64,000 nt of DNA from Octopus sinensis (taxonomy: Eukaryota): assembly GCF_006345805.1 (NCBI RefSeq), contig NC_043009.1, forward strand, positions 70,122,001 through 70,186,000, written 5' to 3'. Numbering within the stretch: position 1 is the stretch's first letter; the number at the start of each line of letters is the position of its first letter. The notes under the pieces were generated by a model. That model was not told where the DNA came from. It saw nothing but the letters and a program-made list of their open reading frames with translations, and ran no database searches. Position numbers and translations under genes: made by a program. Shown here one piece after another: positions 50,480 to 62,655 of the stretch.

Positions 50480-50890
50480 ACAAAGAAACTCATGATCTGA
50501 ATCTGACGCACCTGAATACACAATTACCTCCAGGCTTGACTGAACTGTAAACAACAACACAACACCCATATAGAACGAAACAAAGTCTTCCAACAATATT
50601 CTATCAATCGACTCTCTACACATATACTATCCTCCTCTCCTGTGGTATGCCTCTTCCTACACAAGTAATTCCCAGACGTATGTACAGTAATTCTAATTAA
50701 CACTTCACATAACTCCTCAAACCCCAGGAAAAACACCATGTCAAAGACTAAATAAAGACAAAAGGAAACAAGGTGTAGCACAGTCTGACGAAGGATAACA
50801 GACCGAAACTTCAAATTTATTGTCACAACTCTTCTTCTATAAGTTCAACAAACAAGCATCTGGAAAGAAGTTTCGAGTAATTCTTCAGCT
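50480..50890 (+). mobile_element. Penelope-like 3' end (ORF tail plus pLTR) with hammerhead-like core(s)
   Basis: THLNTQLPPGLTEL* resembles the PLE C-terminal L.T..P.GLN; CUGACGA-a-GG..CC-GAAAC at 50785-50809. Confidence 0.45.
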
Positions 50891-51004
50891 TAATGTTACA
50901 AATTTATTTTATATATCACCTGACATAACAATATACGATAATATATATATATATATATATAGATAGATAGATAGATAGATAGATAGAGAGATACACACAC
51001 ACAG

Positions 51005-51060
<56 letters not shown>

Positions 51061-51429
51061 GTATATATATATACACACACATAAATCTACATACAAATAA
51101 ATGCACATATACATGCACGCATACATATATACATAGATACATGCACACACAAACACGTATATAACTATAAATACACACACATACACAACACACACAAACA
51201 TATATATATGCTTGTGTGTGTGTGCACATATGTATGTATATACAAATCCGACATTTGGAGAAGGATCTTTGCAAACGCATTATTTTGTTCCTTTTGCAAT
51301 CTAGAATCGTCTGGAAGGATATTAAAAAGCTTATATTGATAGATTTTGGGAGAGTTGAGTGCACGATGATATTACCACTTGCAGACACACACGCACATAT
51401 ATATATATAAAAGCAAAGTATCAAGATGT

Positions 51430-52200
51430 AGGAAGATTATAAGCTTCGAGAAGTCCATAGAAGATATAAATTTCAGGAACAGCAGTGGTTTATTGACTTT
51501 TAGAGGGTTGTAAGTTTTTGCCGTATTGAAGTTCGATACGCTGAAAAAAACTGTTTTGTCGATTAAGGTTAGCAGCAGGTGTTGTGCATGCAAATAAAAA
51601 TCCAAAATTAGGGAATGGATTAGATAAAATCCAAGTTACTTAGCAGAACCTAGGAAGTAGTAATTATCCAAACGTGGGATAATCCACTAGCTACTCGTAG
51701 GGCCAAATATACCTTAAACAGAAGTTAACATTGTCGTCAAGGGCTCCCAGGATGACTCGCAGTAGATTCGATTGAAAAGGCGAGGAAAGCGTAGAGGCTG
51801 AGAAGAAAATTATATTAGTGAAGGAGGGTGGTAAATGAAAAGATTATGAAAAGGGGTGGGAGAGGGTATCGAGTAGGGGAAAATACGGTATTCTTGAATC
51901 TAGCTAGGGGAAAGTCTTTGTGAATTTGGGCCGAGGTCGTTTACTGTAGAATAAATAATTAAATACATTTAAATAGGGTCAAAGAGAAAAATGTAGGAGT
52001 GGTGTCAGGCTAAGAAAACTGTAAGGGTGGGGAGGAAGTAGTGGGAGGTGGAAGATAATGCTTCTGATCAGTAGAGAGACATAGTAATTCTAAATAAGTT
52101 GTACACAGTTTCTCTTCTCCATCCCAAATTACTATGTCAAGTATATTATGTTTACGTAATATTGAGGTTTTCAGCGGGACATTCCACCAGTACTCATTAT
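51430..52200 (-). mobile_element. Penelope-like reverse transcriptase relic
   Basis: Decayed YLALRVASG (cf. YLQ..G.AMG), P*FWIFICMH (cf. W.RYIDD) and FFSVSNFNTA.....PLLFL (cf. F.N.FHP.L.FT....L.FLD). Confidence 0.4.
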
Positions 52201-52810
52201 CATTAAGAGTGGTTATGGCTTCTGTTATACTGTTGGTTCTTATTTGTATGTATGTATGTATATATATATATATATATAAGGATAAGATCGTTATTTAAAA
52301 TACCGATCATATCAAGTGGTCAGCATGGGAATAAAGACCTTATAGGTATGAATTATTATTAAAATTATATAATTAAGGGTATCTAAGAGATACTACCATG
52401 CTAGAGATAGCAGTCAAAATTTGAATCTAAAACCGCTTCATATATTCATACAGCACAAGGTGAAAAGACAAATAAACTAACAAAAAATTATTGGATAATC
52501 TCAGATCCGGATTTCTGGTTCTGTATAAAAATATAGCCCGCCTCCTCAGTAACATAAACACAGATAGTACATAATTACAAATATGTCTCAGAGAAATCCA
52601 AAAGATTGTGCTGACAAGTACTGCCCACATCCTTGGAAAAATCTCATGATTTTAAATGTGCTGTATTACATGGAGATATTTCGATGCTGTCCCTTCAACT
52701 TGCCCTCCCCAAGATTTCAGTCATACTGTAATATCTTTTATCCTTCACTCGCCCTATGACGCTGGTGGTATCTCAGCAAGTGATCATAACAACCATGCAG
52801 ATTGAAAGTA

Positions 52811-52847
<37 letters not shown>

Positions 52848-52852
<5 letters not shown>

Positions 52853-53122
52853 TATGCTTTCTAATTGATATATCAATACTAGCAGATGACGAAATTTCTC
52901 TGAAAGAAATGGAAAAACTTTTAAAATATAAAGACCTGAAAAAGAGGTAACTCGAATGTGGAGTCTAAAAACAGAAGCAATTCCTATCATAGTAGGCGCT
53001 TTAGATATGATAAAAAATATTCAGATAAATACGTGACAAAAACACCAGGACTAATAAATATATATAACATTCAGAAAATAGCACTACTTGGCACCGCACA
53101 TATCCTACGTAAAACACTTTCA
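52848..53122 (+). mobile_element. R4/Dong-like LINE 3' end, 5'-truncated, starting at an (AAT)n tract (52811-52851)
   Basis: LIDISILADDEISLKEMEKLLKYKDL..EVTRMWSLKTEAIPIIVGAL..IKKYSDKYVTKTPGLINIYNIQKIALLGTAHILRKTLSIQ. Confidence 0.9.
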
Positions 53123-53174
53123 ATACAGATGGGCTACAGCAAATATTCTGCTCAATACCACAGATTTGCTTGTC

Positions 53175-55245
53175 AGTTGTATCCGCTGAAATAGGTGATG
53201 AGGTCCCGTGGGTCGGATAGTCTGGATTCACTTATGGCTGCAACATCTAAGGGACCTCAGGTCATTTAAAAGGTGACCTTGTTTCCAAGGCACCCCGAGG
53301 CCCCTGACATTTATACAACCTATTCTGAGCATCACCATTGTAAAATAAATTTAGGCTGGAGAAGAGCTCTACTTACCATTGCTGTTTGGCAGGGGTGTCC
53401 ACCTGGTTTTTGCTGTGGGCGTTTCCACCTGGTTTTTGCTGTGGGCGTTTCCACGTGGTATTTGAACAGTCTTTGCGAAAATGTTTGTTCAAAAGACCCA
53501 ACAACATTTGGGAAGTTGATTTTTAATGTGTTGTAACGTGACGTGCTTTAGTTTTACAATTTGTATGTGTGGTGGTGCATTGTGTGTTGGGAAGTAAAAG
53601 TCTTCCATTGTGGTGTCTGTGTGTTGTCTGATGTATTTAACAAGGCGTGTGTTGTCGGTGTCGATGGCCGTGAGGTTGGTGGTGTTTGTGCAGTCTGTTT
53701 GTGCTCTGTACTGTGTCGGTATTTGTGGTGGTAGTGTTGTTGTTGTTGCTTGCTGTGTTTGCGTGTTGCTGCTATTGGGAATTTTTACTCTTGTTTGCGA
53801 CTCTCTCTTTTTTCTACTGTCTTTCTTTTCCTTTTTTGTGGGGGAACAGTTTGCCACTCTCCCTTCTCGGCCACAATACTCGAACACACTCCGAGTTGTT
53901 TTGGTCGGGAAGGGGGAAATACTCTGGCTGCTCGTATTGCTGGGGTTCACATGTTGGTGGTGGTGGTACTCCGTCCGGTTTTGTTGGTGTTGGTGCCTTG
54001 GTATAGTCTGGAGTTGTTGGTGGTGATGGGGCTAGTTTCTGTTGCGGCTGTGGTTGCTGCCGCTGTTGCACTGGAGCTTCCCCCGCTTCTGCTGTCGCTT
54101 GCAGCTTCCCTCTCATCTCTTTGTGTTCGGGACAGTTAACCTTGAGGTGCTGATCGCTTCCACAAACATAGCACCTCAGACGCCTGCTCTCCACGGCCAC
54201 GTGCAGTCTCGTGCCGCCTGGTAAATTTATGGCACCAGGGATATAATTTAGGGCCTCTAGTTCAATTTGAACAAGAGGCTCCAATCCTTGACCTGTCCAA
54301 TTTTGTTGGTTCAATTTATGCACCTCCAGTATATTGGCGGTGTCTCCTATATCATACAGGGCACCCGCCACCAGCCAGCATATATTTATTTCAGGGGACA
54401 CCTCCGCAATCTTAATTTTTGTAACGCGCCGACCAAGATATTAATGGCGTTCTGGAATGTTTTCTTGCTTCTTCCTCCGTTGCGAGGCGCACTTCCACAG
54501 AACCTAATCATTTTCTCCGTGTCACATAAGTTTTGTTTTTCCAAATCGGTTTCAGTATTAATTCCAACCGTTTTTGCGTTGCTCTTTCCAAAGCCTTTTT
54601 CCTCTTGTTTATACATTTGTATGTAATTTTTTTACGGTTTGTGTCCATCATAATTTCTTTTCAAGTATTTAGTGAGACAGTATTGCCTTGTTTCCCTAAA
54701 AGCTCCTTTGAATCTTTTAAAATCCTCTAATGTAACATTTAATTTTTCTTGCGTTTGTTTCGGCGCGGAAGCGAAACCGTGTCTGCTTGAATTGTCATTT
54801 TCGCTCGTGCTGGTATTTTTTCTTTTTTTTTTTGCTTGTCGTTACTTTACTTGTTCCTGTCGGTGGTGGCGACGGCGGCGTCTACTTGGCTTTTCTTTCT
54901 TTCTTTTTCTGTATCAATCGTGGTGCAGGTGTTATGAGTGAATTTCCTACTGCTACACGTGCTGTTCAGAGGAGGGCAATCTTGGCTGTGTTGGCTGTGA
55001 GAACAGCCACTGCTACTACCCTCGACAGAGGAAGCCATCTTGCTTTTTCGTTAGACGAAGAATCGAAAAAGATTTCTAATGAACAAAAAAAATCTAAAAT
55101 TCGCTCCTTAAAGGAGGAAATTTCAACAAAAGAAACCCTTCTGCACACCAAAAGGGGTTCGGAAAAAAAGTCAAATAAACTTGAAAAAAAAAAACTCCAG
55201 AAAATCCAAACTTACGGAGCGCTGAAATCACGTCTTAACTCGCCG
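53175..55245 (-). mobile_element. L1/Tx1-like LINE: 5'UTR, ORF1 (gag zinc knuckle) and start of ORF2 (APE); 3'-truncated
   Basis: CYVCGSDQHLKVNC (CX2CX4HX4C) at 54173-54132; ORF2 start at 53338 MVMLRIGCINVRGLG...LNDLRS/LDVAAISESRL gives APE motifs I and II; frameshifts present. Confidence 0.85.
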
Positions 55246-55369
55246 TCAACAACAATAATGATAAGAAGAAAAAGAAGAAGAAAAAAACAAAGAGGAAGAA
55301 GAAATAAAAAAAAGTAACAGACTGGCTTTCTTGGCTACTCATCTTAACTGATTGGAAGAGTCATCATAT

Positions 55370-55860
55370 ACATTGTTTAGTCTTGGTATATAAAAAAAAG
55401 GGCTGCAACAAATATTCTGCTCAACACCACAGATTTGCTTGTCAGTTCTTTGATCTTAACCAGTTGAGCATGTCCTTTAATGGCTGACGATATGTGCATT
55501 TCTTATCACGAGCAGAAGTAGTGGGGGAGCATCATAGCCATATGTTGAAAGGAATTCTTTGGGATTTGAATAATTCACCTTTGAAAACATAGGTGTTTCG
55601 TTCAACATCATTAAAGAAACCTCATTCAGGGACCTTTTGAGTGGGATGGGCTACTTGACCAGAAGAAAATTCTAACTGGGCCCCACCTGCAAGATCATGC
55701 GCTGTTTATCTTGATATGAGATCACCATGTCGCGCACATATGGCTGTGATGCATGTGCCTGCTGTACCCTTGACAGACGGGTAGTCATGATGGGTATACT
55801 GGGCTTCGTATATCTATACCTCAGTATCACTTTGATGGCCTGCATTGCTCTCTCACTAAC
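55370..55860 (+). mobile_element. Abundant cephalopod retroposon 3' region (LINE 3'UTR / SINE-like)
   Basis: Shares gggct.ca.caaatattctgctcaa.accacagatttgcttgtcagtt with 53120-53178; I recall it as a common octopus repeat; family assignment uncertain. Confidence 0.5.
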
Positions 55861-55869
55861 AAGAAGAAC

Positions 55870-56236
55870 CCTTTCGACTAAAGGCACAAGGCCTGAAATT
55901 TGAGAGGGGGAGCGTTGCTGTCGATTACATCGACCCCTGTATTTCACTGATACTTAATTTATCGACCCCGAAAAGCAAAGTCGACCTCGGCGGAATTTGG
56001 ACTCCGAACGTAGCAACGGGTGATATACCGCTAAGCATTTCGTCCAGCGCGATAACCATTCTGCCAGCTCGACGCTTTTCTCTCACTCAGTAATAGCAAC
56101 AATAAGGGTTTCAAATTTTGGCACAAAGCCAGCAATTTTGGGGGAGTGCGGTAGTCGGTTACATCGCACCTATTATTAAAATGATACTTATTTTATCGAC
56201 CTCGAAAGGATGAAAGGCAAAGTCAACCTCGGCGGA
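55870..56236 (-). mobile_element. Two adjacent SINE family A copies (55870-56075, 56095-56236)
   Basis: Both match the reverse complement of the core. Confidence 0.85.
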
Positions 56237-56295
56237 AATATCGACAATAATAATAACATAAGACATTATAAGTTTTGGTGCGTAACTTATGGCTC

Positions 56296-56346
<51 letters not shown>

Positions 56347-56719
56347 CCGTCTCTCTCACTCTCTCTTCCAATATAGTTACGCTCACAGAGGTGTATTAAT
56401 CTCCTCACTAAGTATATGAACGTTTCAAAACACACTATCATGCACATTTACCTTTAATTTTTAAGATTCGTGGGTGTCCAGATACAAAGAGTATCGAATA
56501 TATATATATCAATAATTATATTTTATAATCTTAATGCTTATAAGAGATCACCGTGCAATGACTAAAGAAAATAGTCTAATATTGAGGCAAATAAACCCTT
56601 GACGGAAGAAAGTAGGGCTCCTATACCCGTGGCACTCAAACCTGCTGTGAGTTTGTGTCCCACGCGTATAAGAACCCTACTTTTTTCCATCAAGGGCTTA
56701 TATACCTCGTATACCATCT

Positions 56720-56773
56720 CCACCACCACCACCACCACCACCACCACCACCACCACCACCACCACCACCACCA
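56720..56773. repeat. (ACC)n microsatellite
   Basis: Directly visible. Confidence 0.95.
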
Positions 56774-56888
56774 GAAAATGTTGTTGACACACTACGGCAG
56801 AAATTGTTTTCACCTTAATAGACGTCATTGACTGGTTGAAATTGCCGAAATGCAAGAAAATAAACAATAGCTTACAAACTACAGAATT

Positions 56889-57345
56889 GGATCTTTTCGG
56901 TTTGAACGGCAGTTTTTTCTAGCGGTGTCATATGAAATTGTCACCCATAATTATGCCCCTAGTATCGATCTATTGCATTTCAATCTGTTTTAGGGTTAGG
57001 GTTAGAGTTCGGGTTAGTTAGGGTTAGTTAGCGTTAGGGTTAGGGGTGGGGGAAGGGTATCTTTCTTTCTTCAGAAATGTAAATAAACCCAATCTATTTC
57101 TTAAACGAGAGAATATTCATACGGCACAGAATGTTTTCACCTCAATAGACGTCATTGATTGGTTGAAATTGCAGAAATTGAAAAAAAAAAACAACAACAA
57201 ATATCTTACAAACTATAGAATTTTCTCAATAAAGCCAAGAGAAAAAAGATGTTTTATAAACACATTCTACCAGTATACGAAGTTTAAAAGTGTTTAGTTA
57301 CAAAGAAATTATTTTAAAAATCTGCCGGTCAAAGCGAAAAGATCC
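56889..57345. mobile_element. Non-autonomous element with 24-bp terminal inverted repeats and internal TTAGGG-like repeats
   Basis: TIRs ggatcttttcggtttgaacggcag (56889-56912) and ctgccggtcaaagcgaaaagatcc (57322-57345), 22/24 match; (TTAGGG)-like tract 56990-57046. Confidence 0.8.
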
Positions 57346-57877
57346 TGCTATACACCTTAGAATGTATCTACATGACGCCTGCTATTTCTTCAATAATATA
57401 CAATAACGAAGGGGATTGACTTTTGAGTTTGTTTAAAAAGAGAGACTAAAATTGCTTGTTCCTGTCGGTGGTGGCAATGGCGGCGTCTACTTGGCTTTTC
57501 TTTCTTTCTTTTTCTGCATCAATCGTGGTGCAGATGTTATGAGTGTTGTCACGTGATTGTATAACTGTTACCGACAAATGTTGCTTAGTTTTATCATAGC
57601 AGAAAACTCGTACATAGTAATTTAAAATGCTCGAAACGGAAACCAATATCTCTCAAATCACTCTGTATAATAATAGGAGAGAGATTAAACTAATTATTTT
57701 TTCTGCAGTTTGTTTGTGCTAATACTAATTTAAATGACAATGCTCTGTCCTACCCTCTCTGACGAATTCTAGACCTTAGAAATAAACTATTACCGAAATA
57801 GTGCCTCCAACATTGCCTTTTGTGAGAAGTGGGGAGAGTAGACTTTGCTGCTGCGGCCCGGGTCGGAATCCAGCCGT

Positions 57878-57925
57878 AATAATAATAATAATAATAATAA
57901 CAACAACAACAACAACAACAACAAC

Positions 57926-57977
<52 letters not shown>
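57878..57977. repeat. (AAT)n/(AAC)n tract forming the left flank/target of the R4-like element
   Basis: Directly visible. Confidence 0.95.
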
Positions 57978-57983
57978 TTACGT

Positions 57984-60074
57984 ACTCCATTCTGATATCA
58001 GTACAGAAAGTATACAACGTATCAACGAGGGAACTGACTTTGGATTCATCTTTACCATAAAGTTTGAGGTCATCCATGAATAAAACGTGGTTAACTTTTT
58101 GTTAGCGGCTTTTGAATACATACCCGTTAGTGGTATCATGCACAGTACAAAGACCAGCGGGGACAGGCAGTCTCCTTGGAAGATGCCTCTCCTGATTTCT
58201 ATTGTCCCTAAAATTCTTCCATATGCTGTCAGTTCCGTCCTCCACTTCGCCATACTTTTTCCAAGCAATCGCTCAACATTCGATGCAATACCAAATACAT
58301 TACATAACCAAGAATGTAGGATCATATCGAACGGCTTACGATAATCGATCCATGACATGGTAAGTTAGTTTTACTCTTCTTGTAGTCCCTAAGTACAGTT
58401 TTGTCTATCAGGAGTTGGTCCTTGGTATCTCTGCACTTACGCTTGCAACCCTTCTGCTCATGTGGCAGGAGTCCATTTTTCTGCAAATCTCCGTACATTG
58501 ACTCTGTGAGTATACCAATCAATAACTTCCACATTAGTGACAAGCAGGATGTCGACCTGTAATTGTCAACCGTATTGCCTTTTTCGATGTTTTCCAGACA
58601 CAGCCCTGTCCTACCCAATATCAACCACTCTGATGTTCCTTGGTCGGCATTTGATAAGGTGTTGAGTTGCCAAATGACATTCACCAAATCTTTTGATTCA
58701 GTAGCCTTCAATTCCATCTGGTCTCGGGACCTTTCAGTTGCTCATTTTTGTGCTGATTTCCTTCACTTCCCGAACTGAAATGACTATTTCTGTCTGTTAT
58801 GGACAGACTACTGATTGTTTCAGTTCTTGCAACCATTCAGCATCTTTCTTGTGTTCCTTGTCTTTGCTTCAGATGTCATTCTAAAAACTTTGACTTTCAA
58901 TGTTATTTGGTATCAACTTTTCATCTGTACATCCTTCATTTATTTCTTTATAGAATCTCTTCTGATCTACTCTGAATAACCTATTCTGGTGGTAACCCTT
59001 CATTCTTTGGTCGTATCTTACCATCTTTGCTTTCTTTGCAACGAGGCGCTGTTTCAGTCCCTCTATTATCACTTTCAGGCCCTTTCTTTCAATATCATAC
59101 TCCCTGTTCAGTGCCCTGTATTTTTGTTCGCTTTTAAGCCCCCTTTCTTTTCGGTCTAACACAGAAATGTCCTTCCAGCGCATATCTAACGCCACCTGTA
59201 TTCTTCTTTTCCACCATGCATCTTTTCTTTTGTCACTCCCATTATATTTCTTTTCTGCTACAACAATACTTGATCAAATTATTTGTTTCTGTGATGCTTT
59301 TTTGTTCTGATATAATCCAGAATTTCATTCACATTTTTCGCTTCTTGGTTCAATATCCACGGATCAACCTTTTTAAGGTTGCAAATAATGTTGCTATCGT
59401 TCTTTTGTAGCCTTGCCTTTATTCTGTCGTAGATTGCCTTTTGCTCATCTATCATATCACAATTAGTTTTATTGTCTTCTTCCAAACCATCAATATGTCT
59501 CTCATCGAGCAAGCTATCACTGTCCCTTTTCCCGTGGTTTATTAGGGATTTCACCTCTGTTTTCTGTTATGAGATTACTTCTATTAGTAAGAATTGAATT
59601 TTCATCGATTCCTCTGTTACTCTTTTCCAATACCCATCTTTTGATAGCGTCCAGCTCTACTTCTGTGAACGAACGAGTTTCTCTTATTGTTCTTACTTGA
59701 TCACATAATCTCTGTTCTGTGAGCTGAAACTATCTTCTTTCTCTCCATTGATCATACATACGTTGTCAGTATCCCCTAAGATGAATTCTATTTTCGTCTA
59801 CGGCGTTGCTCAGGTAGTAACACTCCATGACCACAGCATTAATTTGTTTGCTCCACCTACACCGTGTGTGCTGGTCCCTTGCTGGATAGCGACAGTCTGG
59901 AGTCGGACCAGAATCTCTGAGCCTACCGAGTGTAACACTGTCACCATCATTGGCTTCAGTTTCATTCCCACCGTTATTCACAATATTTTGTTTTTTCATT
60001 GTCACTCATATGAGGCAGCGATTATGAGGTTGCGCAGTTACCAGTGTTTTTGTTGTGACACCATCACTAAATGT
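57984..60074 (-). mobile_element. R4/Dong-like LINE, 5' portion (5'UTR to RT YMDD), inverted
   Basis: ATG at 59999; RWSKQINAVVMECYYLS; NRLFRVDQKRFYKEI; GLCLENIEKGNTVDNYRSTSCLSLMWKLL; EQKGCKRKCRDTKDQLLIDK; WIDYRKPFDMILHSW; RRGIFQGDCLSPLVF; MDDLKLYGK...TDIRME. Confidence 0.92.
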
Positions 60075-61302
60075 ATGGAGTTCGGACTGAAAAAGTGTGC
60101 TGTGTTGGTCTTGAAGAAAGGCAAAATCAAATGTATGGACGGGCTAGCGATACCGTTGGGGCAAGTTATGAAGCATATAAAAGAGACGGGCTATAAGTAC
60201 TTGGGGATATTGGGAATAGATAAATTGATGGAGAAAGAAATGACTGAAAAATTTAAGGTGGAATACTTGCGCAGACTGAGGCTGATCCTTAAGTCGAAAT
60301 TAAACGGACGGAATAAGAGCGAAGCTATCAACACTTGGGCGGTTTCACTCCCTAGATATGGAGCAGAGGTAATCGCATGGGCAGTAGATAAGCTAAACAG
60401 CTTAGACAGAAAGATAAGGAAGTTGCTATCTAGATATGGGTCACTCGAGCCAAAAAGTGACACAGACAGAGTGTATGTATCAAGAAAAAGAGGGGGAAGA
60501 GGACTTATTGGAAGCGAATACAGCATTAGAACAGAAGAAAACAACATAGCATGGTATGCAAAAAATACCACTGAACCACTATCATTAGAAGTAAGAAGGT
60601 CAGGTTTGTATAGAATGGAAGATTGCAAAGATAAAGCACTGTACAAGGATTTGTTGTCAAAATAACGAAATCGTATGGCATATTACCAGTCAATGTACAC
60701 CACAAGCGCAGAGGGAATATAAGAGTCGTCATGACAATATAGCAAGGATTGTCCATTGGACACTTTGTAACAAGTATGGACTTGAACAGAGCAAAAAATT
60801 GGTACGAACATAAATCCGAAGGCATCGTGGAAAATGATAATGCAAAGATCTTATGGAATTTTATGATTCAGTGCTCCCATAAGACAAAGAATCGGCAGCC
60901 AGACACTGTTAATTGGGTGAGAAAGAAAACGATGCTGAATCATAGACATAGCATCTCCAGCTGACAAAAAGTTATGCTATAAAGAAGAAAGAAAAGTCGA
61001 CAAATATGACAGGTTAGCTTGGGAGGTTAAGCAGCCGTTTGTCGCTGAAAAAGGTAGTAGTAATACCAATAATTGTCGGAGCCCTGGGAGCAGTGAGTAA
61101 AAATCTTGAGAAGTACATGGAACGAATAGCAGATGCAATAAGGGTGGAGTATTTGCAGAAAACAGCACTGCTTGGAACCGCTCGAATACTCCGGAAGGTG
61201 TTCGAAAAATAAGATGTGTTACCGTAGCTCACTGGTAGTGAACAGCTGCCACCGTAGTACAACTCCAACTGTTCAAAGATAATAATAATAATAATAATAA
61301 TA

Positions 61303-61350
<48 letters not shown>
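60075..61350 (+). mobile_element. R4/Dong-like LINE, 3' portion (RT C-terminus, RLE, 3'UTR, (AAT)n tail)
   Basis: MEFGLKKCAVL...GYKYLGI...ILKSKLNGRNKSEAINTWAV...RVYVSRKRGGRGL; KILWNFMIQC..RQPD; VVIPIIVGALG; LQKTALLGTARILRKVFEK* (stop 61210-61212); stem-loop 61224-61249; (AAT)n 61279-61350. Confidence 0.92.
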
Positions 61351-61352
<2 letters not shown>

Positions 61353-62655
61353 GTATTTTAATCCTACATATAATCCTTTTCGAACCTAAACAGATTTATT
61401 CGCAATATAAAAATTATTTATAATCAAAATATTTTGAGTTTAATATTAATTGAAATATATTGAAAAATTACCTTGAATTTATGAACCAAACAGTTTGAAA
61501 TGGTAACACGCCGCTGCAATGATTGTTTAAGCAATTTGTTGAGAACATTTGATGTAATTAGTGGCCGTGTAGCCGTTATTATTCGATGTCATCTATAATA
61601 AATGAAGAGTAGGGCAACGTATTTGAATGGGAAGTAAAACTCATGCAATTTCACATTATTTGCGCTTTTCAATTTTTACTTTCCTTTTATGAACTGCCAC
61701 GGTAAATTACTGTATCTCACTCTTTCATTTCATTGTGACTACATTTCTTTTTTCAAGATTGTCTGTTTATAATACATTATGAATCAATGTAATTAAGAGT
61801 GCGGCAGAGAATATTTCATTTAATTCGTTTATAAATTTTACTGATTAGTTCACAATATCAGTGGTATCAATTTTCACATTAAATAGAAAATTAGAGGATT
61901 GTGGCCGGAAATTTTTAAGTAACTCAAAAGACAATAATTAGATTAACTCGAATTGAAGTGTAGCATCATGGTGTCCGGAAATGTAATCTGTTTCTGGGCT
62001 GGACACGAACCGAACTGAATTTTATACAGGATCGCTCTAAATACAAGAAACGCCATCCTTTCTCTCACAATTCACTCTTTACAATTTGAAAAATAGCAGG
62101 ATCATACTATGATATAATCCTAAAACAGTTATGCATGAAAATGAATAAGACAGACCGGTTCTAGATGAACTCATATGCCACACAGTTTACGAAGTTACGT
62201 TGCGTATCACCGCCATTAATTTACACGTGATCTAATTGCCATATCGTATGTATTTCTTTCTAAACTGTTCTGTGCATCACGTAGTATTAGCAGAATCGCA
62301 AGATTGTAGGAGAAAAAGACATCCAGTATCTAGTTTTAAGGTGTCTTAAAATCAAAGTTCAGTTTCGGCTGGGACTAAATTTCACCATTCATCCATCTCG
62401 GTAGATCGATAAATCAAAGTCAAACAGCAGGTCGATTTATATTAGATTATTTTAAAAGAGAACTTTTGACAGAGACTAACAAACGAACCACCAAATTATT
62501 CTCCACGCTTAGCTTTGAAAGATATGATAAAGCATAACTCGGCGTTCGATACCAATCAGAGTATGAAGCGCATCCAACAAAGTGCCAAATGCTAGTTGAC
62601 AGAAAGTATGTCATGTGATAAACATATAATTAACATGATTAACATAATAATTAAA

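Noticed and set aside
54787-55317. 176-aa Lys-rich plus-strand ORF
   Set aside because: Antisense to the LINE 5'UTR plus A-rich low-complexity sequence; no domain recognised.
56990-57046. True telomere or chromosome-fusion scar
   Set aside because: Short, degenerate, single orientation and internal to a TIR-bounded element.
59748-60665. 305-aa ORF as a gene
   Set aside because: It is a chimera: the first ~105 aa are the antisense of the inverted 5' LINE segment and the rest is R4-like RT; it crosses the inversion junction.
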